Origin: Octopus bimaculoides
Taxonomy: Eukaryota
Direction of reading: 5' to 3'
DNA length: 64,000 bases
Assembly: GCF_001194135.2 (NCBI RefSeq)
Contig: NC_068993.1
Span: forward strand, 63,264,935-63,328,934
Numbering within the stretch: position 1 is the first letter of the stretch; the number at the start of each line of letters is the position of its first letter. Under the pieces are notes generated by a model, which had not been told where the DNA came from, made no database searches, and saw only the letters and a program-made list of their open reading frames with translations. A program made the translations under genes and the position numbers. Shown piece by piece: positions 36,274 to 48,719 of the stretch.

Positions 36274-37820
36274 ACAAGGGAACAATGGAGTTGTTTTATC
36301 ACATTTTTTTTCAGTATCATATGGGTGACAAATCATATATGTTGGTAAACATAGAAAAGAGCAATAATAATGAATATATTTGTATACAGTGCTCAGGTGC
36401 ACTACAACTCATCAGAAAAAGTAGGCAAGAGTGTATGAACAGTACATAGAATAATGCACCAGAAGTGAACAGTGAATGAGTTGTTTAAAAAGAAAGTGGT
36501 GGGAGCATTGTATCATATTTGATTATATAATCAAAGAAGCAGAGTCATCTATTCATGACCTTGCTGAACAAATAAATATATTTGTTTACCAGAGTTATGA
36601 GTTGGGGACTAAGGCTTTCACTTGTTTCCAAATAAGTAATATTTCCCCCATGGCTGAACATGTTTCTTGTAGATGATTGGAAATGTCAAACCTTGCTTGT
36701 TTGACGGTAATACTAATTTGTGACCATCATGTGATGTCTAGACAAGGGTACACACAAACACACACAAATGTACACATGTATATATTAGCTGATATAAATA
36801 GAAGCAAACAATGTAATTTTTGCATGGCAGAGAGAGCAAGAATCCTACAAAACTCACTTGACTGGCAACCTTTTAAACTCCAGGAAAGAAGTGTTTAGTC
36901 AATGCCCACATCTAAAACGTTTCTTACTATAAGCTTGGAATTCCCTGTTTGTTGAATACGTTCACAGCAGCTTTTTGGAATATCACCATGGCCAGAACCA
37001 ATGTAAGTGTGGTAGCCCCCTCCTGCACAAACAAATATATTTTTTTGCTTACAAAACTAACTGATCATAACATTTCTTCCCCAAGCTGTAGAGAGGTTAT
37101 GCATCTTCGGCCATTTGAGTCTGGTAAGTCACCTATTTGGCTAAGCACTTTATAGGTGCGAAACCAATGGACACTCTATGACAACTTCCTACCAAAATAT
37201 ATTATTGTTCTAATGTTTTAGGGTATGCTTTTCTTTTTTCGGATATATGAACTACTGACGATAAATATATATATATACACACAACAGCCTTCTTTCAGTT
37301 TCTGTCTTACTAAATACGATCAAAAAATCTTCCTTAGTGGAAGGAAGACATATGCCCAAGGTGCTGTGCAGTGGACTGAACCTAAGACCACATAGTTGGA
37401 GAACAAGCTTCTTAACCACACAACCATACCTGCACCTATGTATATAGGCTGATATTAAACCATGTACTTTGGGTGTAGCTTTGATTTCATGTCAGTGTAT
37501 TAAATAATAATTATGAATTTGTCGATATTATATGTGTGTATGCATGTATATGAATGTGTATGTGTGAACAAGTTGAGTTGGTTTACTATAAATTTGAGTA
37601 AACAGAGACAAAATACCAAATATGCATAAGTAGTGTGTTTGTGTGTGTATGCACATGTTTGTAAGTAAATATTTGTTGTTAAGATGTCTTTATTAATTGT
37701 CACATAATGTGTTTTGTTGACATTTTACTTTATTAAATGCCTAATGCCGACCCTTAGAATTAACTTATGGTATGTCTACACACATATATATATATATGTG
37801 TGTGTGTTTGTGTTCTGCAG

Positions 37821-37946
37821 GTCAATGTATCCCTTCATCAAGCAATGGCATTGAGTTGAAAGCCCACTGGTCATTGGTTGCAGCCCAAAGATCTGTTGAG
37901 ATCAGCTGGAAAGCATTTTACACAGGAATGGACAATTTCTACAAAG
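37821..37946 (+). CDS. Avidin domain B, exon 3 (QCIPSSSNGIELKAHWSLVAAQRSVEISWKAFYTGMDNFYK)
   Basis: ctgcag|...aaag|gtgag, phase 1-1, 126 nt. Confidence 0.92.
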
Positions 37947-38544
37947 GTGAGAGATCTTAGATGTTACCTGTAAATGATGGGTGGATGAATGGATGGATAA
38001 CCGGATGTTGACAGAAATGATAAGTGAAAAGCTTTGAGGATTAATGTATAGCTGGGTGAATGAGGGAATAACAGAATGAATGGGTAGGTAGAAGGGTGGA
38101 TGGATTAGTAGTACTTGGGTGCTTTTTATGAGGCACCAGCACCAAATGCTCTTTATGTAGCATTGGCACAGGTGCTTCTTATGTGGCACTGGCATGGATG
38201 CTCTGTATATATACTCTGAGTGATTGGCGTTAGGAAGGGCATCCAGCTGTAGAAACTCTGCCAAATCAGATTGGAGCCTGGTGTTGCCATCCGGTTTCAC
38301 CAGTCCTCAGTCAAATCGTCCAACCCATGCCAGCATGGAAAGCGGACGTTAAACGATGATGATGATGATGATGATATATATATCATCATTATCATCATAA
38401 TCGTCATCATTGTTTAAAATCTATTTTCCATGCTGGTGTGTGTGTGTATGTGTGTATATGCATACTTATATACAAGTGTGTATGTATCTATAAAATTCTG
38501 ATTGCCATCGTCTGACCTTAATTTGTGATATTCCTTTATTTCAG

Positions 38545-38561
38545 ATTCTAAAGAGGAATAA
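38545..38561 (+). CDS. Avidin B terminal exon (D-SKEE*)
   Basis: tttcag|at tct aaa gag gaa TAA; paralog of 24022-24038. Confidence 0.75.
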
Positions 38562-39058
38562 AACAGAAGAACTACAAGCCTCTCAAAGAAATTTCCTTAT
38601 TATTCCTTCAGCATTTCTGTTTAATTTGAAATTTAAATGTTAATCAGTTAAACCTTCTGTTAATTAAAGTTGGAATTAACAAAAACCTCCATGTGTTTCA
38701 GTTTTTCTTTATTTCTTTCAACACAGAAAATGTATTGTAGTTTACCGTTTCAATCCTGACAATATCTCATCAGCTTATATAGGCTCAGCTGTATCAATGC
38801 ACAGAGACAGTGCTCCAGTGTGGCCATGGTCATGTCGGGTAAAATTAAGTAAAGAACTGAAGCATTCACTTCAATATCACCGTTTTTGTGCAGATCATAG
38901 GTTCATTCTGCACAAGCCAATGGAAACGTGCTAGAAATAGCAGCCGAATCTCCCTCAAGTCATGTCCAGTTACTTTAAATTAGAAAAGGGCCCAATAAAT
39001 AATGTAATCATGCAAACCCTTAAAAGTACAGGATGATCAAGCTAAGGGGTTTGACCGG

Positions 39059-39092
<34 letters not shown>

Positions 39093-39139
39093 ATGTAATA
39101 GGTGTAAAACAACTTGCTGTAAACGAATATGAATAAAAA

Positions 39140-39511
39140 TGCGCCCTCCCGAAGGGGGGGGGGGGGTCGCGGAGAGGACTCGGAAAATTCACATCGTCAG
39201 ACCATGACCTTTAAACTCTAGTGTTTGACTGGAACAAAAATTTTTTTTAAATAGTTTAATAGCAGTACAACGACATGCAGTGAACAAATATAAAAAAAAA
39301 TGCTCCCTCGTAAGGGAGAGGACTTGGAAAATTAACATCGTGAGACCATGACCTTTAAACTCCTGTGTTTGTCCGGATCAAAAAGTTTTTTTTTAATAGT
39401 TTATTAACAGTACAACATGCAGTAAACAAATATGAAAAAATGCGTCCTCGCGAGGGTGGGGGGAGTAGAGGACTCGGAAAATTCACATCGTCAGACCATG
39501 ACCTTTAAACT
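39140..39511. repeat. ~140-160-bp tandem repeat, ~2.5 copies
   Basis: gaggact(c/t)ggaaaatt(c/a)acatcgt(c/g)agaccatgacctttaaactc recurs at ~39175, 39319 and 39468. Confidence 0.9.
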
Positions 39512-40220
39512 CTTGAATAGCCATGTTGAGTCGTTCCATCTGTTGAACATAGAGTTCCGCATTGACCGTTTGGTTCCGTTCAAGCAATTCGTAATGGATA
39601 ATCTTTTCCCAGTCCCACCATATGCACAACATCGTTTTACAGGGATGAAGATCTTGTTTCATGCACGGTGTCGCTTGTTTACCGGGGCTAAGCCATTCCT
39701 TACGCTGCTTCCTATTGATGTACAGGCACCATTTTTCGTTGCCAGTAATAATTCAGTAAAGAAATCGTTGCTTGTGTCCATGAGTTGAGCGGTGACGAGC
39801 AAGTAAACCAGCAGAGATTGTGGTTCGTTGACTTTTGTTGTTGTCACTTAAAGCATGCGGAACCCATGCTCCATACTTCTGAACCTTTCCCATCGAGTGA
39901 AGATGCTTCTCTATAGCAGTGTGGGGGAATTCCATTTTCTCTGCCGGTTCTCTTGTCGTCTGACGAGAATTTTTGTGCAAAAGTTGGTTTTATTGCTCTT
40001 CATCGAACTCAACTGAACGGCCAGAATGAAGTGCATCTTTGAGGTCAAAATTTCCATTTTTGAACTTGGCATACAAATCACAGGCGATTCTTTCAGCCAT
40101 GGCACCCTCTCCATACACAGCACAAATGTCACGAGCAGCTTTTGCAGCCTTAAAACCTTGATGTAAAGCAAAAAGAAGGAGGTATCGAAAATGCTCGTTT
40201 TTCTTAACTTGACATTCCAT
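39511..40220 (-). mobile_element. Mariner transposase pseudogene, N-terminal ~two thirds
   Basis: MECQVKKNEHFRYLLLFALHQG...KFKNGNFDLKD, GAWVPHALSD and RFLY*IITGNEKW...LCIWWDWEKIIHYELL; frameshifts and a stop; truncated at ~39511. Confidence 0.92.
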
Positions 40221-40377
40221 TTTAATGATCTGAAATTAAACAAAAATTAACTAAAATTAGCTAGAAAAAAAAAAAAATAGATTCAAAAATGATTCAAAAA
40301 TAGAATTCGATCTGTAGAAAAGGCATAGGTAGAAACTCCATGAGATGTACTCAGTGTAAGCTCTGGACACATAAGAG

Positions 40378-41020
40378 GTGCAGCAATATCAAAGGGAGAT
40401 AGTTTTTGTGCGTGACAGATGCACAGGGGCAATAAACACTGAAAATGTGCAGAAAACAGCTTCTGTCACATTCCAGGGAGAAAAACTAAAAGTAGTTGAT
40501 AGCTTCTGTTACCTAGGTGACCAAGTCTGTAGTAGGGGTGGGTGCACTGAAAGTGTAGCTGCTAGAATAAGAATAGCCTGGGCAAAGTTTAGAGAGCTCT
40601 TACCTCTGCTGGTGACAAAGGGCCTCTCGCTCAGAGTAAAAGGCAGACTGTATGACGCATGTGTACGAACAGCCATGCTACATGGCAGTGAAACATGGGC
40701 CGTGACTGCTGAGGACATGCATAAGCTTGCAAGAAACGTAAGTGCCTTGAGAGAAAATTTAGACATAAGAAGCGTCAGTTGTGGTGTGCAAGAGAGATGA
40801 TTGCGCTGGTATGGACATGTGGCAAGAATGGATGAGGATAGCTGTGTGAAAAAGTGCCACACCCTAGCAGTTGAGGGAACCTGTGGAAGAGGTAGACCAA
40901 GAAAACCTGGGATGAGGTGGTGAAGCACGACCTTCAAATATTGGGCCATCCCGAGGTAATGACTAGTGACCGGGACCTTTGGAGATATGTTGTGCTTGAG
41001 AAAACCCAACAAACCAAGTG
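40378..41020 (+). mobile_element. RTE-clade LINE 3' fragment
   Basis: LKVVDSFCYLGDQV...RIRIAWAKFRELLPLL...KGRLYDACVRTAMLHGSETWA, then LRWYGHVARM. Smaller related pieces at ~42400-42460 (-) and ~57890-57945 (+). Confidence 0.9.
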
Positions 41021-44000
41021 AGACCATAGCCTATGGCCTATGCCAGTGGGTGTAACCAGCCCACTTATGAGTTCCCCTCATTCATTGGACAATAAACCTT
41101 GCTTGTGAAGACATTGAGGCAAGTGAAATCAAAATTGCTGATGTGGCCAATGACAGTACCGGCTATTTGGCACTTGTGCCAGTGGAATGTTAAAAGTACA
41201 TCCAAGCGTGATCGTTGCCAGGGCCACAGATTGGCTCCTGTGCCGGTAACACATGAAAAGCACCATTCAAGCATGATTGTGGCCAGCATCACTTTACCAG
41301 CACATGAAAAACAACATTCAAGCGTGGTTGTTGCCAGTACTGTGTGACTGGCCCTCGTGCTGGTGGCACGTAAAAGCACTAACTACACTCTCGGAGTGAT
41401 TGGCGTTAGGAAGGGCATCCAGCTGTAGAAACTTTGCCAGATCAGATTGAGCCTGGTGCAGCCTTTGGCTCACCAGCTGAAGCCATTGGTCATTCTCTGT
41501 GTATAGTTCATGGTTTAAGTTCCTGACGTTGCTTTAGTTTTGAGTGCAAGAAATGAGACTCCACACATTAGTTTTTAGCTTAAGAGTTCTGTGAAGGGAC
41601 ATTCTTAGAGTGACTAAAAAGGAAAAATGCGACATTACAAACCTGTTAAGACACAACCATATCATCCACAGCCTTGATGTTCAAGATGCAAAAATGGTAA
41701 ATTCTGTAAGTGAAAGTTAAGGCTTTTTTATAAGCAATTTAGATTCTTTGATACCTGTTTATTAAAGTTTCTACTGAGTTATCCATCAATTCCTCAGGCT
41801 GAAAAAATAAGAAAGCCTTCCAGCGCCGATGGGACATTAAATCTTTTAATAACAAAGTACCAAAGACTTTTCCGAGTTCTACAAGTTTCCTGTTTTAAAA
41901 TGGCTTAACTTAAATCCTTCCATCAAAATTTCATGTTAAATTGTTCTAAATGCCAGCTTAATATTACAAAGTCATTTAAATTCTTTATAATTTTCAAAAT
42001 TAATGGAAACAAAGACAGTCATCATCATTTAATGTCCACTTTCCATGCTGGCATGGGTTGGACAGTTTGACAGGATCCAGCAAGCAACGAAACACTAATT
42101 ATCTCACTCCTCTCCTCCATAAAGCGTCTTGAGATCAACCTTCCACACTTCATCCTATGTCTTCCTGGACGTCTCTCTCACACAGGTCCCATGCACTTCA
42201 AGTGACTGGGCCTTCTTTACACAGCCGTCTTTCTCCATACGCATCACGTCTCAACCACCACAGCCTTCTCTCTTACACATTTCATCTGATGCCTTACCTT
42301 TCTTTCAATACATTACCACTCTGTTGTACATGCACCATGACAATGCAAATCCGAGCATGCTAGCTTCATTCCTCCCTGGTCTTTCAGAACATCTTCTTCC
42401 ACTGTTAATTCGGTCCCCTAGATAGCAGAAACTATCCACTTCCTCTAGGGAGCCTCCAGGGCATTTAAGAAAATCGATTTCTTGGGATATCTTGTCTACT
42501 GTTACAGAACTAACGAGCCCCAATTAGCTGTAGTTTGATTTGAAATTGATTTACATGTTAGATAATCTAGTCCTATACGCACTATTATTTACTTTTGCAT
42601 GTTTCAGCTAAAGGGATCTGACCATGCTGGAGCACTGCAAGCAAACTATGCCAAGAAAAAAAAAAAGGTGTAATTATTGCTAAAACGTTTCTTTGATTAG
42701 AAATTTTGCTGGATTAGAATTGATTTGGGACTAAATAACAGCAACAGTATTGTCTCATTCAAGGCCTTAATTATTGGAATGCAAATAAATAAATCTGAGG
42801 GTTTAATTACTCAAAGTACGAAAGACATTAGCTAAGACAAAGTATTGAACGTGAAAACAAATTGGAAAAGTATATCTGAAAGAAATTTTTTAAAGATTCT
42901 TTTATGGAATGGTGGATCTCGAAGTAAATAAGGCTATAAAACAGCGTGTAAATATTGGGTTTAAAAAAAAACTTTGGACAGAAAAAGGAGAGGGCTCTTC
43001 ATGGAATTCGAACTCGTATCTCTTGTAAACATTAAATATTAATAATCAAGCCATGATCATTTCGTCTGACATTATCTGGAATATACTCAAAAGTAATCTG
43101 TCCATAATATGAATCGTTTTATTACGGTGTTGATATAAGGAAGACTTAGCTGCTATTTCATGCAATCAGGTCAACTGGCGGCGAAGAAAGAAGCTTGAAG
43201 ACGGTGACAACTTGGAACATGTCACCATTAATTCCATTGACATCAACAGTAAAAAAAAAAAATGCCAGGCTGGAATGAAAATTTAATTGTTGTTTAATGT
43301 TTTGGGGCTTTGAATAATACCAAAGATCAATATCTTTGGCTTCGATTAGGTAACAATCAAGAAATATCGAAGGAAATTGTGTATTTTTCACAAATCAAAT
43401 TTACACCTTCAAAATACACGTAGACACACACACACACAAACAAGTACACATACACACACAAATCTATTTGAAAAATATAAAATTAGAACAATGGACTGAT
43501 TTATTTTTAAATAACGATGTTTAATATAAAACAATGTAAAAAAAAGCTTGGCATGATAACATTCCGATTTAGAGAATAAAATAAAATATGTTACGGAATC
43601 ATATGGAAATAACCAAAACTTTAAAGAATGTTCTAGTAGTTTCGCCAAACTTGCTGCTGTGCATCCCATCATGAGACATTCCTCTCGCTTCTCTTCTGAG
43701 ACATTTGCCCCCGTCTCTGTGTGTCAATATTATTAATTATACCATGATAATATTGTGTGTATATATATGTGTATACATATATATATATATGCACACAATA
43801 TTATTTCTTTGTATTGGGTGGATACATGTTTTTCATGTGATGCAGCACAGACAAAATATTTGCGCTTAAAGTTAAGGAAATATGAGAGACAGAATGGTAA
43901 AAATTAGGTACAAGGCGGCCCCTCCAGGAAGAAATGTGGTCGATGTTCTTTTTTGGTGTATATTCATTAAAGGAAATGGTTTTCAACATTGCAGACCCAG

Positions 44001-44634
44001 AAATATCATAAGGTGGATCAAAACCTGTTTATTGAGGTATCATCGATCTTCGATCTTTAGATGTAGAGAAAAGATGAAAGAACTTTATTTCTTTTTAATG
44101 TTTCATCGATGTGTTTAGAGTCGCGTGGTCAATAATAATAATAATAATAGGAAAACGGTAATGGGAAGTTGTAACGTTTATGCCTTTTCCTGAGATGTTA
44201 AACCGTTGGTTGTGAGAGTATTACTGATGTGTTGTAGTATAATAATAATAATAATAATATGTAGCAGGAGGAAGGGGGTAAAACAAGATCGAGTCAAACA
44301 TTTCTTGTTATAATTGTTGTGTGACCGAAGACTGAATTTTTGGATCGTCTTCTTTTAAATTGTACCCAGGCCTTTGTAAGGTTAGAAAAATAGAGACACA
44401 GTTTTATTTCTGTTGCGAATCTTCGAAGAAGAAGAAGACATTGCGAAGGAACGAAGTTGTCAAAGAAAGAAATTAACACATGATCCTGTTGATGGTGTTT
44501 TGTTGTGTAGGAGGTTTCTTTTATGAATTATTAATTATATTAAGTCTGTGAAGACACGAGGAAGTAAAGTATGATTGTGAAAGAGAGAGAGAGAGAGAGA
44601 AAGAGGTTGGTGGAAGTAGAGAATTAAGGAAACA

Positions 44635-45096
44635 TTACGTATTGAACTTGGGTCCACCACCTTGATAGTTGCCGGTCATTGCTGCTCCACTAAAGTCGAA
44701 GCCAGGATTTTCATACTGGAATCGTTGCAAAGTTAGTTTTTTCTCCATCTGATCGAAAGTATAAGGGTCAGCTTGGTATTGTCCTTCTAGTAACGACTTC
44801 CAGCACTTCTCAGCTCCACAAAACGACTTCAATAAACACAAATCCACTTTGCATTTGTCTTCCAAAGTCCACAAACAGTCGTCGGCGCGGACCACATCCG
44901 CCAGCTGACCGTCTATTACCGTCTCTCCTTTGACAACCAGTTTCAAGTGTCGTGGTTGAATAGTACACTTGATATCCCGACCTGAAGTACCTGGTTGCAC
45001 GTTGACCAGTACGAATACTTCGTCTACAGTCTGCCACCAAGCACCCCACGGGGTCTTCACGGGAACGATGCCACTTTTCTCCTCGAAGTGCGCCAT
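44635..45096 (-). CDS. NUDCD2: NudC domain-containing protein 2 (CS/p23-like co-chaperone), single-exon CDS, 153 aa
   Basis: MAHFEEKSGIVPVKTPWGAWWQTVDEVFV...LTLQRFQYENPGFDFSGAAMTGNYQGGGPKF matches NUDCD2 family termini (FEERSG...TPWG.W.QT; LTLERFQ.ENPGFDFSGA...GNY..GGP). ATG at 45096, intact to TAA. Confidence 0.95.
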   Translation of the reverse strand: MAHFEEKSGIVPVKTPWGAWWQTVDEVFVLVNVQPGTSGRDIKCTIQPRHLKLVVKGETVIDGQLADVVRADDCLWTLEDKCKVDLCLLKSFCGAEKCWKSLLEGQYQADPYTFDQMEKKLTLQRFQYENPGFDFSGAAMTGNYQGGGPKFNT

Positions 45097-45596
45097 TATA
45101 CCGCTTAGCAAATGATAGAGTTGTCTTCTCTTAGATTAAACAAGTTATCTCCCCTTTACTTATACCCATCGTTTCCGTGGAGGGGAAACCTCGACACGGA
45201 CCTCCTAGAAATAGCAGCCAAACGTCCGAAAATCTCACCCTTAACCCGTTCAAGATGGAACTATACTTTGGACAATATAGTGCGCTTTTTGAATATAGTA
45301 GTCAACTTACATTATGTCAAACTGAAGCTTGTACTTTTTCAATTGGTCCCTAGAAATCCGGTTATATACACACACACACACACAAATTTACCAAAGAAAA
45401 GTGAGAAAAGCGGCTTCTATTATTTGGTTAATCAATATATACTCTCCATTGTTGTAATTCCTAGGTTGTCAGAACAACGAGATTAAACGCTAGTCTCAAC
45501 CACTGTTTCTCTTGATAGCCACGCAGCAGAGGGCTGACAGTGTGCTCGGGTCCTTTCAATCCCTATTCTTATTGTGTGTGTGTGTATATATATATA

Positions 45597-45635
<39 letters not shown>

Positions 45636-46491
45636 GTATGTATGTATGTATGTATGCATGCATGAATGTATGTATGTATGTATGTATGTATGTATGTATG
45701 TATGTATAGGAAACCAAATTTGCATGAATTAAGCTCTCAGAAGCAAGAACTAAGCACCGAAGTAACCATAATTTCAGGAGATGGCACTCAACCAAAAGTG
45801 CATGCCATCTCAATCACCCCCTCCCCCCCCCTTACTAACACCAACGACCCTCTGGGTAGGCACCAAAATCACAACTTACCATTTCTCTGTTTTCCTAAAA
45901 TATAATTTCTTTGTTCCTTATAAATCGATATTTCTTATCCACTTTCACACATTTTTTGTTCATTTTTAATTGTAAAAGTAACTGAAATACACAGAATTTA
46001 TACGAATATACATATCAAGGAATCATTACCATCACTGTACACTATAATTTTGGTAATATAGTGTCCTTGACGATCCAAAACAGTCTTTCTAATAGTACAC
46101 AACAATTTCAATCGTTCCCATTTTGAGAGCTTAATAAATCGGATATCGATATTATCGATTTCTTTAAAAAAGCGCATTTCAAATTGATAATAGAAAGGAA
46201 GGGAATATGTGACTATAATTCGTTTTCCTCTGGGAAAATAATCAATGCAGGTAAAAATTTAACGGTAACATTCGGAGAAATGAAACACGGTAAAGTTCCG
46301 AAACTAAGCCCGTCTCATGCTTACATTTATTATTCGATCGTGCGAATTCTTTCTTAAGAATATGAAACAATAAAAGTGCACAGTATTCTTATATTTTCTC
46401 ATATAGTTTTAAAAGTAGAATTAACGAGAAAAAAAAAAATGAAACGCCGTGAATCGAAACCGAATCGCCGTCTTGACACTGGGAGCTTTAC

Positions 46492-46599
46492 CTGTTTCTG
46501 TGTCTGTAAAAATCGTTATTATTAGAAGGGGACTAGAAGCAGCATTCACCGTGTGTAAGCAAGTGCTTGTATCAGAAAAATGTAAGGATTAGCTTCCGG
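46492..46599 (-). promoter_or_regulatory. Candidate NUDCD2 promoter and non-coding first exon
   Basis: CpG-richer region with an ETS-type CCGGAAG (46593-46599, minus) and a minus-strand donor CAG|gtaaag at 46492/46491. An alternative donor gtaagt lies at 45310. Confidence 0.35.
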
Positions 46600-48685
46600 T
46601 CTCATTAAAACTGACAGATGACAATTTGAATTACAACGGAGGAAGACTTGCTTTAACTTCCATCAACCTTTGTATACGTTTGGCGTATATATATACATAC
46701 ACACACACATATATATATATACACATATATACATATATATATATAATTGTTTCATCATGATTATACCTCCCGACTTAATGTGGCTGGTGAGTAGCATTTA
46801 TAGCGATTTCTGCATCTATCTAGCTATGTATTTGTTTGTCTGTCTGTCTGTTTATCCATCTATGTGTCTTGAAGATAATCACGAAGAGATCCATACAGCT
46901 TAATGATCTGTTTAAGAAAACAAAAACTTTCCAGGTTGTTTAACATCAATCACACCCTTTATCCTTTGGATCCGGCATGATCGATATAATTAGATCAATA
47001 GTTGTAACAATAACTTTTCTTATTGGGGGGTTAGGACAAGTGATCGTTATTGGAACCATTACAATACTTCGGATTTGCAAAGAAGGGCAAAGATCAGACT
47101 GTGTGATGTTCATGCCTTTCTTCTTGGCTGGTTTTAGCGGAATAAAAGAAAGGAATCGATATCAGCTGAGAAACGAATCTACCATTTGTAGAATTGTTTC
47201 TAATTTTGGGACAAGGCCAGCAATTTGATGACGGATGGGGCTTGGTCGATTGAACCGATCCTAGTATTCGATTGGTATCTTATTTTATTGATCCCGAAAG
47301 GGCGAAAGGTAAAGTTCATCTCAACTCAGAATGCAAAGAGCCAGAAGAAATAGCGCTATACATTTTGTTCGACGCGCTAACGATTCTGCCGGAAAATATG
47401 TAATTATAGTTTTTGTTTTGATTCTTTAAATACATGGAACCTATATTGAGGAAGAAGGGGGAGGAGGGGAAAATAGTGATGTTGTGGCATTCATTCTGTG
47501 TTAGGGAAGAGAAGTAAAAGGTTCGAAGTGGACCGGGTCCAAGTCTTTAATAATTGTGGTTAACAATATATTGGTGATGCCTAAAAATTATTGAAATAGG
47601 ATATTGGATCTTTTTGATATTCATGCCTTTCCCAATGGTTTTACCAACACAACTGAAGAAGTAGTTGTGTTTGGAGAAATCAAAGGGTTTTGAATAATGT
47701 AATCCTTCTGTACTGCCGTTGGACCTGATGGATTTCTAATCAAATCTCCCTCTCGTCACACACAAATCCATTGTAATGTAAAACGAAAGGAACACATTAC
47801 AGAATGTAGTCCTAGATAACCCACAAGGCTGTATGTATAGTCATGGGTGGAATGCTTTGGGATTAGGGTTTTCTCTCTCAGAGATGCCTGAGATTAAACA
47901 ACATTTCTTTTGTGGTACTTCATAAAAAAAGCAGGGTATGTTACAGACTTGAGGTAGCAGACGATTTGGTTTCGATTCTCAGAGCATTTCTCCTCTCTTA
48001 TTGTTACATGTGTCCTTGGAGAAGGCATAAACATCATAACAGCCTTAAATCCCATCCGTTAATTCCAATACCAATAATATTCCCGAAATAAATTCGAGTT
48101 CTTGTAATTCTTTATTATTATTTTTAAATGCTTCTGCGATACAAATCACCAGAGTTGTTTTATTATGGATAGAAAATGTATATTTGGAACGTTCGTGCCT
48201 TTTCCCACCACATATTAACAACATAACAAATGCTAATTGAATGCCAACATATGTATCTATCCGATATTTCGGTGGATCGAGTCTGAGGTTCAATTCTAAT
48301 TCCCAGTATCAAAAAACATGAATTCTCCATTAGATTTTAATAATTATCGAAATATTTGTTTACATTTTAATCGTCAACTCTTAATGCTTTCTTTTCTTTC
48401 TTCTGTCTTCTTTTTTTTTTTTATATTCTTCGTTCTTTCATTCATTCATTCATCTTTCGTTTTCTTCCGTCATCTCTTCGTCAATTATGTTCTTTAGCAT
48501 TCTTCATTATTTCTTACAGCAGCAGTTTTCGTTGTTAAAACGAATTCCTGTATTTTTTTTCTCTTTCTTTGTGAATTTATAATTTCTGTTGATTTCCATT
48601 ATATCACCTACAAATTAATGACAACACATAGATCAAACATCTGGCTCACGGGCCAAACAAAATATATTTTGACGAACTCACGATC

Positions 48686-48719
<34 letters not shown>

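Noticed and set aside
39511-40243. Active transposase, or any intact TE in the window
   Set aside because: All TE coding remnants have stops, frameshifts or truncations.
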